51,511 nt of DNA from Faecalibacterium prausnitzii. GTDB taxonomy: Bacteria; Bacteroidota; Bacteroidia; Bacteroidales; Bacteroidaceae. Positions 1-9,383 of this stretch are shown in pieces; position 1 is the first letter of the stretch; each line of letters starts with the position of its first letter. A program made the translations under genes and the position numbers. Below the pieces are notes generated by a model. That model was not told where the DNA came from. It saw nothing but the letters and a program-made list of their open reading frames with translations, and searched no databases. The stretch spans positions 1-51,511 of the forward strand of contig CAVHVD010000048.1 of NCBI GenBank assembly GCA_963639425.1. The letters are read 5' to 3'.

Positions 1-554
1 GTCATGATCTCCTTGTTCTTTACGGCAAGGGCATCGTCTATGGCCTTGATGTACTTGTCGTGCAGCTTCTTGAGCTGCTCCTCGCCATCGCTTTGGAAGT
101 CCTCCGCCAAGCCCTCTTTTACCGACTTCTTCAGGTCATCAATGCCGTCACGCCGTGCGTTGCGAACGCCCATCTTGGCATTCTCACCCTCACTCTTGCA
201 CTGTTTCGTCAGCATGACACGACGTTCCTCGGTGAGTGGGGGGATGCCTAAGCGTATTATCTCTCCGTTATTCTCCGGCGTGATGCCGAGGTCGGAGTCC
301 ATAATAGCTTTCTCTATGGCCTTGAACATATTCTTGTCCCACGGCTTTATGGCAATGCTGCGGCTGTCGGGTGTGGTCACCGAGGCGCAGTTGGTGATGG
401 GCTGCATGCTACCATATTGGTTCACCTTGATGCCGTCGAGCAGGCGAACATCGGCCTTGCCGGCGCGTATGTGTGCCAAGGTGTCTTCTAAGTAGAGCAA
501 TGACATGTCCATCTTCTCCCTGGCTTCATTTACTATGGTCTTAACGTCTTTCAT
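1..554 (-). CDS. frr: Ribosome recycling factor (last few codons run off the window edge)
   Basis: Manual minus-strand translation from ATG at 554 gives MKDVKTIVNEAREKMDMSLLYLEDTLAHIRAGKA...PSLTEERR...KEIMT; lies directly downstream of pyrH. Not in the ORF track because its stop is outside the window. Confidence 0.96.
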   Translation of the reverse strand, partial: MKDVKTIVNEAREKMDMSLLYLEDTLAHIRAGKADVRLLDGIKVNQYGSMQPITNCASVTTPDSRSIAIKPWDKNMFKAIEKAIMDSDLGITPENNGEIIRLGIPPLTEERRVMLTKQCKSEGENAKMGVRNARRDGIDDLKKSVKEGLAEDFQSDGEEQLKKLHDKYIKAIDDALAVKNKEIM

Positions 555-609
555 AATATGTGTTTGTTTAAGAGTGAATTCACGGTTGTGTGTAAATCAA
601 AGCGTCCTA

Positions 610-1320
610 TCAGTTGTGCACCAACGTGCCAATATCCTCACCTTCAATCACTTTCTTCAGGTTGCCTGCAATGTCCATATTGAACACGATGATTGGTAGA
701 TTGTTCTCGCGGCACATGCAGATGGCCGACAAGTCCATCACCTTCAGTCCTTTCTCTATCACGGCATCGTAGGTTATCTCGTCATAGCGTACCGCCATCG
801 GGTCTTTCTCCGGGTCAGCGGTGTACACTCCGTCCACGCGTGTCCCCTTGAACATCACGTCGGCTTCGATCTCCACTCCGCGCAGGCTTGAGCCTGTGTC
901 AGTGGTGAAGTATGGATTCCCTGTTCCGCATGACATGATGCAGATGTCTCCCGCTTCCATGTATTCTATGGCTTTCCACTTGTTGTAGAATTCGCCGATA
1001 GGCTCCATGCGAATGGCTGTGAGGACGTGTGTCCTTACGCCGATGGCTGTAAGAGCCGAGCTTAGAGCCAAGCTGTTAATTGTTGTTGCCAACATCCCCA
1101 TTTGGTCACCCTTGACGCGGTCAAACCCCTTGCCCGTGCCACTCAGACCACGGAATATGTTGCCTCCGCCAATCACGATGCCTATCTGTACACCCATGTC
1201 ATGCACCTCTTTTATCTGCTGCGCATACTCTCCAAGGCGTGCCTCATCTATTCCGAAGCCCTTGCTACCCATCAAGCTTTCGCCGCTGAGCTTAAGCAAT
1301 ATCCTTTTGTATTTCGTCAT
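610..1320 (-). CDS. pyrH: Uridylate kinase
   Basis: LLKLSGE, GGGNIFRG, GDQMGMLAT and GNPYFTTD motifs; pyrH-frr synteny. Confidence 0.98.
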   Translation of the reverse strand: MTKYKRILLKLSGESLMGSKGFGIDEARLGEYAQQIKEVHDMGVQIGIVIGGGNIFRGLSGTGKGFDRVKGDQMGMLATTINSLALSSALTAIGVRTHVLTAIRMEPIGEFYNKWKAIEYMEAGDICIMSCGTGNPYFTTDTGSSLRGVEIEADVMFKGTRVDGVYTADPEKDPMAVRYDEITYDAVIEKGLKVMDLSAICMCRENNLPIIVFNMDIAGNLKKVIEGEDIGTLVHN

Positions 1321-1350
1321 ACTCCTTCTCTTTTATTGATAAAGACAGTC

Positions 1351-2118
1351 TCACTCATCAGCCAACAGCTGTTGCAACACCACAGGCTCGTTGGTCGTTA
1401 TGTAGTCCACGCCAAGTCCGATGAAGAACCGCATGGCCTCCTTGTTATCGACCGTCCACACATTGACCTCTATCCCGAGGCTGTGCGCCTGACTCACCCA
1501 TTCGGGGTGCTGGCGCAGTGTGCCCTGCTCGTAGTCAATGCCCGCCAACCCCAACGACTTTATCTTGCGTGGAGGCAAGTCATTGTCAAGATAGTAAATC
1601 TTTGTGTCGGGCAGTAGCTTCTTGAATGCCAGGCACGCGTTGATCGAGAACGCTATGATGTCGGTCTTGTCCACCACACCGTGTCGCTTCATGCACTCCA
1701 CGATCTTCGCCGCACACTCATCTTCGCGCTTGAGGTCTTTCAGCGACTTCATCTCCAGCACCAGCCTCGTGCCGTTACTCAGTCGTGTGGCAGCTTCGAG
1801 ATATTCATCCAGCGACGGCAGTTGCTCGCCGTTGTCCAGACGTATGGCTCGTGCCTGCTCGTATGTCGATGCTTCAATGTCCACACCCTTGAACTTGGCA
1901 TCGTGGTTGACCACCAGCTTGCCGTCACTGGTCATCCACACGTCAAGTTCCGAGCCGAAGGCACGTATGGAATCTGCCTTTACCAGCGAACGTATAGAGT
2001 TCTGTGCCGACCCGTCAGCTCTCCAATAACCACGGTGGCACACCACCTTTGTCTGTGCCATGACAGCGCACGTCGCAAGCACGGCTACTGCTGTTGTCAA
2101 AATGAGTTTCCTAAACAT
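1351..2118 (-). CDS. Glycerophosphodiester phosphodiesterase family protein, secreted
   Basis: Signal peptide; HRG, ELDVW, VVNHD, LEMK, WTVD and TTNEP GDPD motifs. Confidence 0.9.
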   Translation of the reverse strand: MFRKLILTTAVAVLATCAVMAQTKVVCHRGYWRADGSAQNSIRSLVKADSIRAFGSELDVWMTSDGKLVVNHDAKFKGVDIEASTYEQARAIRLDNGEQLPSLDEYLEAATRLSNGTRLVLEMKSLKDLKREDECAAKIVECMKRHGVVDKTDIIAFSINACLAFKKLLPDTKIYYLDNDLPPRKIKSLGLAGIDYEQGTLRQHPEWVSQAHSLGIEVNVWTVDNKEAMRFFIGLGVDYITTNEPVVLQQLLADE

Positions 2119-2170
2119 TACACCTTATATTATATAGTCCGTAATCTTTACCCTGTCTGTGTCTTCAACG

Positions 2171-3628
2171 TCAGGCCTCCAGTACGTCTAGCTTGCTGAA
2201 CATACTGTCAAGCCATTGCTTGAACAATCCTGTGCGCTGTGCCACGCTGAATATGTTGAACCGCTTGCTGATGTACGGCGCACATTCGAGTGTCTGGCGC
2301 AGATGCCCGTGTGATACGCCGATCTTCTCCGGCAACACCGGTAGTCCTATGCTGCGCATACGCTTCTTCAGCTCGGTCACGGGCATTATCTGTTGCGACA
2401 AGCGGTCTTTCACCTCCGGCCAATACTCTTTCAGCTGTTGCAGCTGCATACTCAGTTGTTCGCGGCTGATGTAGTTCGTGCGTGCTTGCTTCATGCCCAG
2501 TTCCTCAAGTCCCACCTTTTGTAGGGCTTCCTGTGCCTGTTGCTCATAGGTGTCGCTGTCCGGCCATGCTGCAACGCATCCTGCCACGTCAAGCTTACCC
2601 ATGTGTGTGTTTATCAGCTTGGCATACAGCTCTGCCGTGGCAATCTCCGCTATGCCCAACAGCACTCCGTGCGGCAGTGTCTTGTCGTTGTTCGTGTCGC
2701 GTTCCGACTCCCATACCGCACTGAGCAGATGCTCTGCACCTGATGTCGGCATGTCTGACTTAGCAACCTGTGTGGCGAACCCCGCCAACATCAGTCCTTC
2801 CACCAGCTTCTCCACCTTCAGCTTGCCGCTGTCGTTCTTGCGGAACTTGTCCTCTGTCAGCATCAGTGCCTCATGGAATCCGCTCTGCGAGATCTTCCAT
2901 GCTTTCTCGTTTATCTGTTCGATGCCGAGCCAGTCTGCCAAGATCCAGTCCGCACCGGCGGTCATCTTCGCCATCAGGTTCATAAATCCCGACGCTGTCA
3001 TCTCGCTCGGCGCGTTCATTATCACTGCCGTGTCTGCCAGTACGGCCTGCGGTCCGGCACACGGGATCTGTTGTCTTATCCCGTTCACCAGTATCTTCGC
3101 ACCGTAAGCCGTGTACCCATCCATCGAAGCAGCCGTGGGCACACACATATACTTGCATCCTGCCAGATGCGCCGCGAGCTTCACTATGTCGTTCACCGTA
3201 CCTGCCCCTACAGCCACCGGCACCGTGTCGTTGCCAAGGGTCTTGAAGTGCTCCATCAGGGCGTTCATCGCATCATAGTTAGCACACAGCCCTTCTGCCG
3301 GTAACACCACGCTGTCCTCCATGACGGCTCCCGCCCCACGCAATGATGCTTCCACAGCCTCTCCCGCTATACTCCACGTGTTGCTGTCGGCCACGACGAT
3401 GGCTTTGCCATGTGGAAACTGCTTGCCGAACAGGTCGCCGGCCTCGCCCACGATGCCGTCGCCTATGCGCAGGGCGCGTGTGTCGTTTATGTCGTGCAGA
3501 GCCTCGTCAATGTGCAGCAGTCCGCCTCTGTATGGCCTTGGCAGATATGCCGGATCTTCCTTTATCAGGGAGTAGATGTGCTGTATCACATCCGGATTAA
3601 ACTCCAGTGAAAATTCGTAGTTCTGCAT
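2171..3628 (-). CDS. sn-glycerol-1-phosphate dehydrogenase (EgsA/AraM)-like protein
   Basis: GAGTVNDIVK, PTAASMDG, SGAEH and PHG motifs of the DHQS/Fe-ADH-like G1PDH family; some ligand positions diverge. Confidence 0.8.
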   Translation of the reverse strand: MQNYEFSLEFNPDVIQHIYSLIKEDPAYLPRPYRGGLLHIDEALHDINDTRALRIGDGIVGEAGDLFGKQFPHGKAIVVADSNTWSIAGEAVEASLRGAGAVMEDSVVLPAEGLCANYDAMNALMEHFKTLGNDTVPVAVGAGTVNDIVKLAAHLAGCKYMCVPTAASMDGYTAYGAKILVNGIRQQIPCAGPQAVLADTAVIMNAPSEMTASGFMNLMAKMTAGADWILADWLGIEQINEKAWKISQSGFHEALMLTEDKFRKNDSGKLKVEKLVEGLMLAGFATQVAKSDMPTSGAEHLLSAVWESERDTNNDKTLPHGVLLGIAEIATAELYAKLINTHMGKLDVAGCVAAWPDSDTYEQQAQEALQKVGLEELGMKQARTNYISREQLSMQLQQLKEYWPEVKDRLSQQIMPVTELKKRMRSIGLPVLPEKIGVSHGHLRQTLECAPYISKRFNIFSVAQRTGLFKQWLDSMFSKLDVLEA

Positions 3629-3669
3629 AGTTCAGTCTTTGTCTTGTGCCACAAATATAATGAAAAGAT

Positions 3670-5619
3670 TCAATCACCGGTCTCTATACGGTGGACAATG
3701 ATTCTCGATGCGTGGTTCTTCTGTGTGTAGACTTTGATGTCCGACTTCACGAAGTCTTTCTCTTCGGCTTCGTACATGTTGATGAACTGCTGCGGGTTAA
3801 GGTCGTTCAGCGGGAACCAGCTGCTCTGCACCTGAATGACGATGCGGTGTCCGGCCTTGAAGCAATGTGAGATGTCGGGCAGGTCGAACTTCACCTTCGT
3901 TATCTGTCCCGGCCTGAATGCCTCCGGCTTCTCGAAGCTGTTGCGATAGCGTCCGCGCATTGTCTCGGCACGCACCAACATCTGGTAGCTACCCATGATT
4001 GTTGTCAGCGGCTTGCCATCATTAAAATTCTGTTCAATCTCCTTGCCGTACTTGAAGTCTTCGGGATATTCGTCTATGATCTTCACCACAAAGTCCGCAT
4101 CGGTGGTGCTTATCGCCACGTCGAGGTCGGCCGTCACTTCACCGGCCAGGGTTACGTCTTTTGTCAGCACCGGCGAGCGGAACGTCAGCACGTCGGGTCT
4201 CCGGCTGGCAAAACGCTGGTCGCCGGTCATGTACTCGCGCTGGCGGCTCTTGTTTATCTTGTCCGTATAGGGCACGGGGTGGTTGGGGTCGCTGGTGTAT
4301 TCGGCAAACGAGCGCGATGCTCCCGGAGCTGTCTCGCTCAGGCTACCGTCGGCATTCAGATACAGTGACATCTCCTCTGCATCTTTCGGTGGCCACACGT
4401 CGTAATGCGTCCACTTGTCTGCACCCGTCACATACATCGTCACGGGGTTGGCATTGTCCGGCTCTACGCCCTCACCGTTCAGGTAGTACTGGAAGAAGTT
4501 ATATTCCACGTCGTTCAGATAGTACTCCGACGTGTTTGCACCGAAATAGATGTCGCCAAGATGGTTGCCTTTGTCGCGCTCCCATGCTCCGTGAAACCAA
4601 GGGCCCATTATGAATTGTAGCTTTGTCTCGGGGCTTTGCTTCTGCAGTGCCTTGTACACGCCAAAGGTGCCGTAGCAGTCTTCTGCGTCGAACAGTCCGC
4701 CCACTACCAACACTGCCGGCTTCACGTCATGCAGATGTCGGCGCGAGTCGCGTGCCTTCCACCATTCGTCATAGTCAGGGTGTTGCTTCATGTCCTGCCA
4801 GAAGCGGATGCTGTCGCCCATAATGTTACCGATGTTCTTCAGCGTCTTCTGCCGCAGGTAGAACGAATATTCGTCGTCGGCATAGTATGGTTTCATGGGT
4901 GAGAGACGTGTCGTCGGCACGGGGCGCGGGCGACCGAAGAACTGACCGAGGAAGTTCATCATGTCTGTCAGCATGAACACTCCGTGGTGGTGATAGTCGT
5001 CGCCCATCCACCAGTCGGTCACCGGTGCCTGCGGTGCCACAGCCTTGACTGCGGGGTGTCCGCTCAGCCCTGCCATGACCGTGTAGAAGCCCGGGTATGA
5101 CGTTCCGAGTACGCCGATGTTGCCGTTGGTGCGCACGTTGTTCACCAGCCATTCGGCAGTGTCGTAGGTGTCGCTTGCTTCGTCGATGTCCTTGTTGCTC
5201 GTCTTGTTCTCGATGAACGGACGCACGTCCACAAATTCGCCCTCGCTCATCCACTTGCCGCGCACGTCTTGGAACACTATGACATATCTTTCACGCGCAT
5301 AGTTGGCCAGCTTCCCCCACAGACTGCGCGAGTATCCCTCGCCGTAAGGGCCGGCTTGGTAGCATGTGCGGCTCATTATTATAGGTGTGGGCTTGGCGGC
5401 GTTCACGGGTTCGTAGATGGAGGTGAACAGACGCACGCCGTCGCGCATCGGGATCATCACTTCGCGCTTGGTGTAGTTGCGCTTCACCCATTCTTCTGTT
5501 ATGTCTTGTGCGGTGACGGCTGTCACGCACACCAGCAGCATCAGTGCTGTCGTCAGCAGGCGGAGCATTGCCCCGCCGCTTTTTCCCTCTTTCTTGAGGA
5601 TGTTCTTGTTTGTGCTCAT
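3670..5619 (-). CDS. CocE/NonD family hydrolase (glutaryl-7-ACA acylase / Xaa-Pro dipeptidyl peptidase-like)
   Basis: MRDGVRL, QDVRGK, GTSYPG nucleophile, GPWFHG; signal peptide. Start trimmed to MSTNK at 5619, downstream of a promoter box; the MLRLL start is an alternative. Confidence 0.9.
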   Translation of the reverse strand: MSTNKNILKKEGKSGGAMLRLLTTALMLLVCVTAVTAQDITEEWVKRNYTKREVMIPMRDGVRLFTSIYEPVNAAKPTPIIMSRTCYQAGPYGEGYSRSLWGKLANYARERYVIVFQDVRGKWMSEGEFVDVRPFIENKTSNKDIDEASDTYDTAEWLVNNVRTNGNIGVLGTSYPGFYTVMAGLSGHPAVKAVAPQAPVTDWWMGDDYHHHGVFMLTDMMNFLGQFFGRPRPVPTTRLSPMKPYYADDEYSFYLRQKTLKNIGNIMGDSIRFWQDMKQHPDYDEWWKARDSRRHLHDVKPAVLVVGGLFDAEDCYGTFGVYKALQKQSPETKLQFIMGPWFHGAWERDKGNHLGDIYFGANTSEYYLNDVEYNFFQYYLNGEGVEPDNANPVTMYVTGADKWTHYDVWPPKDAEEMSLYLNADGSLSETAPGASRSFAEYTSDPNHPVPYTDKINKSRQREYMTGDQRFASRRPDVLTFRSPVLTKDVTLAGEVTADLDVAISTTDADFVVKIIDEYPEDFKYGKEIEQNFNDGKPLTTIMGSYQMLVRAETMRGRYRNSFEKPEAFRPGQITKVKFDLPDISHCFKAGHRIVIQVQSSWFPLNDLNPQQFINMYEAEEKDFVKSDIKVYTQKNHASRIIVHRIETGD

Positions 5620-5693
5620 ATTTGCAGTCCCATTTGCTTTAACTATGGCACAAAGGTAGTGGAAACCCCGCGTTAAACAACAACGTGATTGTC

Positions 5694-6206
5694 CTATTTT
5701 GTTCCGTCCGTCTCCTTCAGCACGTCCCGTGCCATGCGCAGTGCCAGCTCCACGCCCGCCGCCGTGTTCTCCTTGCGGCTGCCGCGGTCGGTGTCCGTCC
5801 GTGCGGTATAGTCCTCGTCGCCAATGCTGAAGCACATCCAGATGGTGCCCACCGGCTTCCCCGGCTCTGCTCCGCCCGGGCCGGCGATGCCTGTCGTGGA
5901 CACGGCGCAGTCTGCCCCCAGCACCCGTCGTGCGCCGCGTGCCATCTCTACAGCCGTCTCGCGGCTCACCACGCCACAGCGTCCTATCGTCTCCGGTCTC
6001 ACGCCCAGCAGACCTTCTTTCACGTCTGCCTGATAGGCCACGATGCCGCCACGGAAATAGTCCGAGCTACCCGGCACCGACGTCATCCGTGCCGCTATGC
6101 CTCCGCCCGTGCAGCTCTCGGCCGTGGCCATCGTCAGGCCGTGTCTGCGCAGCAGGCTGCCCACCTGTTCCTCCAGCGGTGTCTCCCTCTTGCTGTTGTC
6201 GTCCAT
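5694..6206 (-). CDS. pncC: CinA C-terminal domain protein / NMN deamidase (PncC)
   Basis: AESCTGG, PGSSDYF and TGIAGPGG...KPVGT motifs; start trimmed to MDDNSK at 6206. Confidence 0.85.
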   Translation of the reverse strand: MDDNSKRETPLEEQVGSLLRRHGLTMATAESCTGGGIAARMTSVPGSSDYFRGGIVAYQADVKEGLLGVRPETIGRCGVVSRETAVEMARGARRVLGADCAVSTTGIAGPGGAEPGKPVGTIWMCFSIGDEDYTARTDTDRGSRKENTAAGVELALRMARDVLKETDGTK

Positions 6207-6271
6207 GGTTGCCGTTGTCTCCTCCCTTGCCTTTGTGTCGTGCAGGTCTGTGGTTTGCCGAATGGCGGTGC

Positions 6272-7741
6272 CTACTCCTCCTTGAAGTTGAGGTAGCCCG
6301 ATGAAGTGTTGTCGTCGATGTTCTGTTGATGGAGCGTGAACTCGCTGCTGCCGTCGAAGCAGTGTGTACATACCTGACACTTGGGCAGGCCTATGCACTC
6401 CACCAGTGTCTCCAGCGTGCTGAACTTCAGCGAACTAAGGTTCAGCCGTCGTGCAATCTCCGCCACCAGCCGCTTGTGCTCCGGCGAGTCTGTCTGTGCA
6501 TACTTGTCGAGGTTCTTGTTTGGGTCGCCTTCAAACTCACCGATGATGCGGCGCGTTATCAGCTCCATGTCGCTCTTCGACGACGTGAAGTTGATGAAGC
6601 GGCAGCCGTAGATGAGCGGGGGGCAGGCAATTCGCATATGCACCTCGCGTGCGCCGTAGCCGAAGAGCATCTTGGCGTTCTCGCGCAGCTGTGTGCCACG
6701 CACTATGGAGTCGTCGCAGAACAGCAGCCGCTTGCCGCGTATAATATCCTTGTTCGGTATCAACTTCATCTTCGCCACCAGGTTGCGCATATCCTGATTG
6801 CTGGGAGTGAACGAGCGCGGCCATGTGGGTGTGTACTTCGATATGGCACGCTGGTAGGGCACGCCATGTCCGGCGGCGTAGCCCAGTGCCATGCCTACGC
6901 CGGAGTCGGGTATGCCGCACGCCGAGTCCACCTCCGTGGTGTCGCTCTTGCCCATAGCCACTCCGCAGGCATAGCGCACGTCTTCCACCGTGCGTCCCTC
7001 GTAGCTTGAGGTGGGGAAGCCGTAGTAGACCCACAGGAACGAGCATATCTGCATCCGTCTGTTCGGCTTGCGCAGTTGTTGCACGCCGTCGGACTGCATA
7101 CGCACAATCTCCCCCGGGCCGAGGTAGCGGTCTGTCTCATAGCCGAGGTTGGGGAATGCCGTGGTCTCGCTGGTGGCGGCATAAGCCCCGTCTTTGCGGC
7201 CGATGACTATGGGTGTGCGTCCCCAGGCGTCGCGTGCGGCGATGATGCCGTCTTCGGTGAGCAGGAGCATCGAGCACGAGCCCTTTATGGAGCGGTAGAC
7301 GTTCTCGATGCCGTCGACGAAGTTCTTACCTTTTATAATAAGGAGACCCACCAGCTCGGTGGGGTTGATCTTCCCGGAGCTGAATTCGGACAGGTGCATG
7401 TTCTCGTCAAGGAGCTTGTCCGTCAGCTCCTCCATGTTGTTTATCTTCGCCACGGTGACAATGGCAAAGCGACCCAGGTGTGAGTTCATGAGCAAGGGCT
7501 GCGCGTCGGTGTCGCTTATCACGCCGATGCCGGCATTGCCTTCAAACTCAGACAGCTCGCTCTCGAAGCGCGTGCGGAAGTACGTACTTTCAAGGTTGTG
7601 TATCGAACGGTGAAATCCTGTCTCGCCGTCATACGTGGCCAGTCCGCCGCGGCGCGTGCCGAGATGGGAATTGTAGTCTGTACCGTAGAACAGGTCGGTG
7701 ACGCATTTGCGTTTGGCGATAGTGCCGAAGAAGCCTCCCAT
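6272..7741 (-). CDS. purF: Amidophosphoribosyltransferase-like protein lacking the N-terminal Cys
   Basis: DDSIVRGT PRPP loop, GIPDSG, and Fe-S cysteines (CSF, ACPP, CTHC); start MGGFFG at 7741. Confidence 0.9.
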   Translation of the reverse strand: MGGFFGTIAKRKCVTDLFYGTDYNSHLGTRRGGLATYDGETGFHRSIHNLESTYFRTRFESELSEFEGNAGIGVISDTDAQPLLMNSHLGRFAIVTVAKINNMEELTDKLLDENMHLSEFSSGKINPTELVGLLIIKGKNFVDGIENVYRSIKGSCSMLLLTEDGIIAARDAWGRTPIVIGRKDGAYAATSETTAFPNLGYETDRYLGPGEIVRMQSDGVQQLRKPNRRMQICSFLWVYYGFPTSSYEGRTVEDVRYACGVAMGKSDTTEVDSACGIPDSGVGMALGYAAGHGVPYQRAISKYTPTWPRSFTPSNQDMRNLVAKMKLIPNKDIIRGKRLLFCDDSIVRGTQLRENAKMLFGYGAREVHMRIACPPLIYGCRFINFTSSKSDMELITRRIIGEFEGDPNKNLDKYAQTDSPEHKRLVAEIARRLNLSSLKFSTLETLVECIGLPKCQVCTHCFDGSSEFTLHQQNIDDNTSSGYLNFKEE

Positions 7742-7940
7742 GTGATATTGAACTCTGTGTATATGGTTAACGTGATGTGTGTTCTTGCGTGCTCCGCCCG
7801 TGCGAAGCACGCGCAAAGATAAGTCTTGAGGCGAAAACGGCAAAGGCACAGGGCGGCAAAAAACGGTCTGATGATGTGTCAGCAAATACCACAACTACAA
7901 CGCGCTGATAATCAATGCTTCCATGGTTGAACGTCCACAG

Positions 7941-8321
7941 CTCTGTGGCTGGTGCGCCGCGCACTCCGAGGTTTAACGTCCATGGAGACGCTGATTTTCA
8001 ATGTATTATAACGATGCCCATCGTTGGGGTGCAAGGATGCCCATCCTTAGGTCCTTTAAATGCCCATCCTTAGGTGCTATGAATGCCCATCCTTAGACCC
8101 TTAGAATGGGCATCGTTAGGGTGCCTTTCGGGGCAAACACGGAATTAGTGAACGGAAGTGTGGAAAAGTGAACGGTTAGTGAACGGGATATGGCTTCAGG
8201 GAGCGTCTGGCGAGGGATTAGTGAACGGATAGTAAACGCTTTTGAACGGACTTGCATGAGTGCAATAAATATTATCCATCTCCTGTGGCGTGTGTACCTC
8301 TCCGAGGGTGCGCGGCGCACC
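7941..8321 (+). repeat. Composite intergenic repeat, copy 1: REP-like 14-mer, 5 x 23-bp palindromic units, GTGAACGG tail, hairpin arm
   Basis: ATG(CC/GG)CAT cores at 8014, 8037, 8060, 8083 and 8106; homologous to 36010-36238 (direct) and 42584-43047 (inverted). Confidence 0.92.
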
Positions 8322-8408
8322 GGCACGAAAAAGGTACGGATTTGTCGGCTTGTAATGAAAAGATTTATACATTTACGCCGGACTAACTAAAAGACAAATC
8401 ACAGAACC

Positions 8409-9251
8409 ATGAAACGCACCGTGACCGCACTCCTGCTGTGCCTTGTGGCATTGGCAGCATTTTGTCAGCAGCAACAGCAGCAAAACCAGTACAGGTATGA
8501 GACGCTGGAAGACATTCCCTATCAGACGACAACCGCCGACAGCTATGCCGCCGAGCGTTGCAAACTGGACTACTACTATCCGGTCGGCAAGCAGGGGTAT
8601 CCGGTGGTGGTGTGGTTCCACGGCGGCGGCCTGACCAGCGGCAGCAAGTCCGTTCCCGACGAACTGAAAGACTGCGGCATTGGCGTGGTGGCCGTCAACT
8701 ACCGCCTGCTGGGCGACCGTGCCGACCTGTCGGACTGCATCGACGACGCTGCGGCAGCCGTGGCGTGGGCGTTTGGCAACGTGGCGCGCTATGGCGGCGA
8801 CACCGGCAAGATCTACGTGGCCGGACATTCGGCCGGAGGCTACCTGACCGACATGATTGGGCTTGACAAGAAGTGGCTCGGGAAATACGGCATCGACGCC
8901 GACTCCATAGCGGCACTGTTTCCGTTCAGCGGGCAGGTCATCACGCACTTTGCCTACCGGCAGAAGAAGGGGATGAAGAACACGCAGCCGCTCATCGACG
9001 AGTTCGCACCTCTGTATTATGTCCGTCCCGACTGTCCGAAGATAGTGATCATCTCCGGCGACCGCGACATGGAGATGCTGGGACGCTACGAGGAGACAGC
9101 CTATTTCTGGCGTATGCTGAAGGTTGTCGGGCACAAGGATGCACACATATATGAGATAGGTGGTCACGACCATGTGACGATGGCGCATCCAGCATTCACC
9201 ATTCTGAAGAACCACGTGCTGGAACGTCGTCGCATAGACTGGAACAGATAG
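8409..9251 (+). CDS. Secreted alpha/beta hydrolase (HSL/BD-FAE-like esterase)
   Basis: Signal peptide, HGGG oxyanion motif, GHSAG nucleophile, GHDH. Confidence 0.9.
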   Translation: MKRTVTALLLCLVALAAFCQQQQQQNQYRYETLEDIPYQTTTADSYAAERCKLDYYYPVGKQGYPVVVWFHGGGLTSGSKSVPDELKDCGIGVVAVNYRLLGDRADLSDCIDDAAAAVAWAFGNVARYGGDTGKIYVAGHSAGGYLTDMIGLDKKWLGKYGIDADSIAALFPFSGQVITHFAYRQKKGMKNTQPLIDEFAPLYYVRPDCPKIVIISGDRDMEMLGRYEETAYFWRMLKVVGHKDAHIYEIGGHDHVTMAHPAFTILKNHVLERRRIDWNR

Positions 9252-9383
9252 CGCGGGAGGCTCGCGTGCGTTTCGTCTTGAGGCCGTATTTTTCGCTTTG
9301 GCGGTCGTGATGCCCGCCACACTGCGGATTTATGCCTTAATTTGGGCAACGAAAATTATAGCAATCAAAAAACTAAAAGTGTT

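Noticed and set aside
5620..5835. Extended N-termini in the ORF track (CocE, cinA, purF, tolC, receptor, hflX, DUF4954)
   Set aside because: They overlap neighbouring genes, promoters or repeats; downstream ATGs fit family starts and signal peptides.
8093..8390. Short ORFs within repeat blocks (8093-8326, 8190-8390, 42355-42555, 42889-43191)
   Set aside because: They are translations of the repeat elements; frames are not maintained between copies.
8466..8483. CAG/CAA poly-Gln run after the hydrolase signal peptide as a phase-variation tract
   Set aside because: Short, imperfect triplet repeat; slippage would keep the frame.
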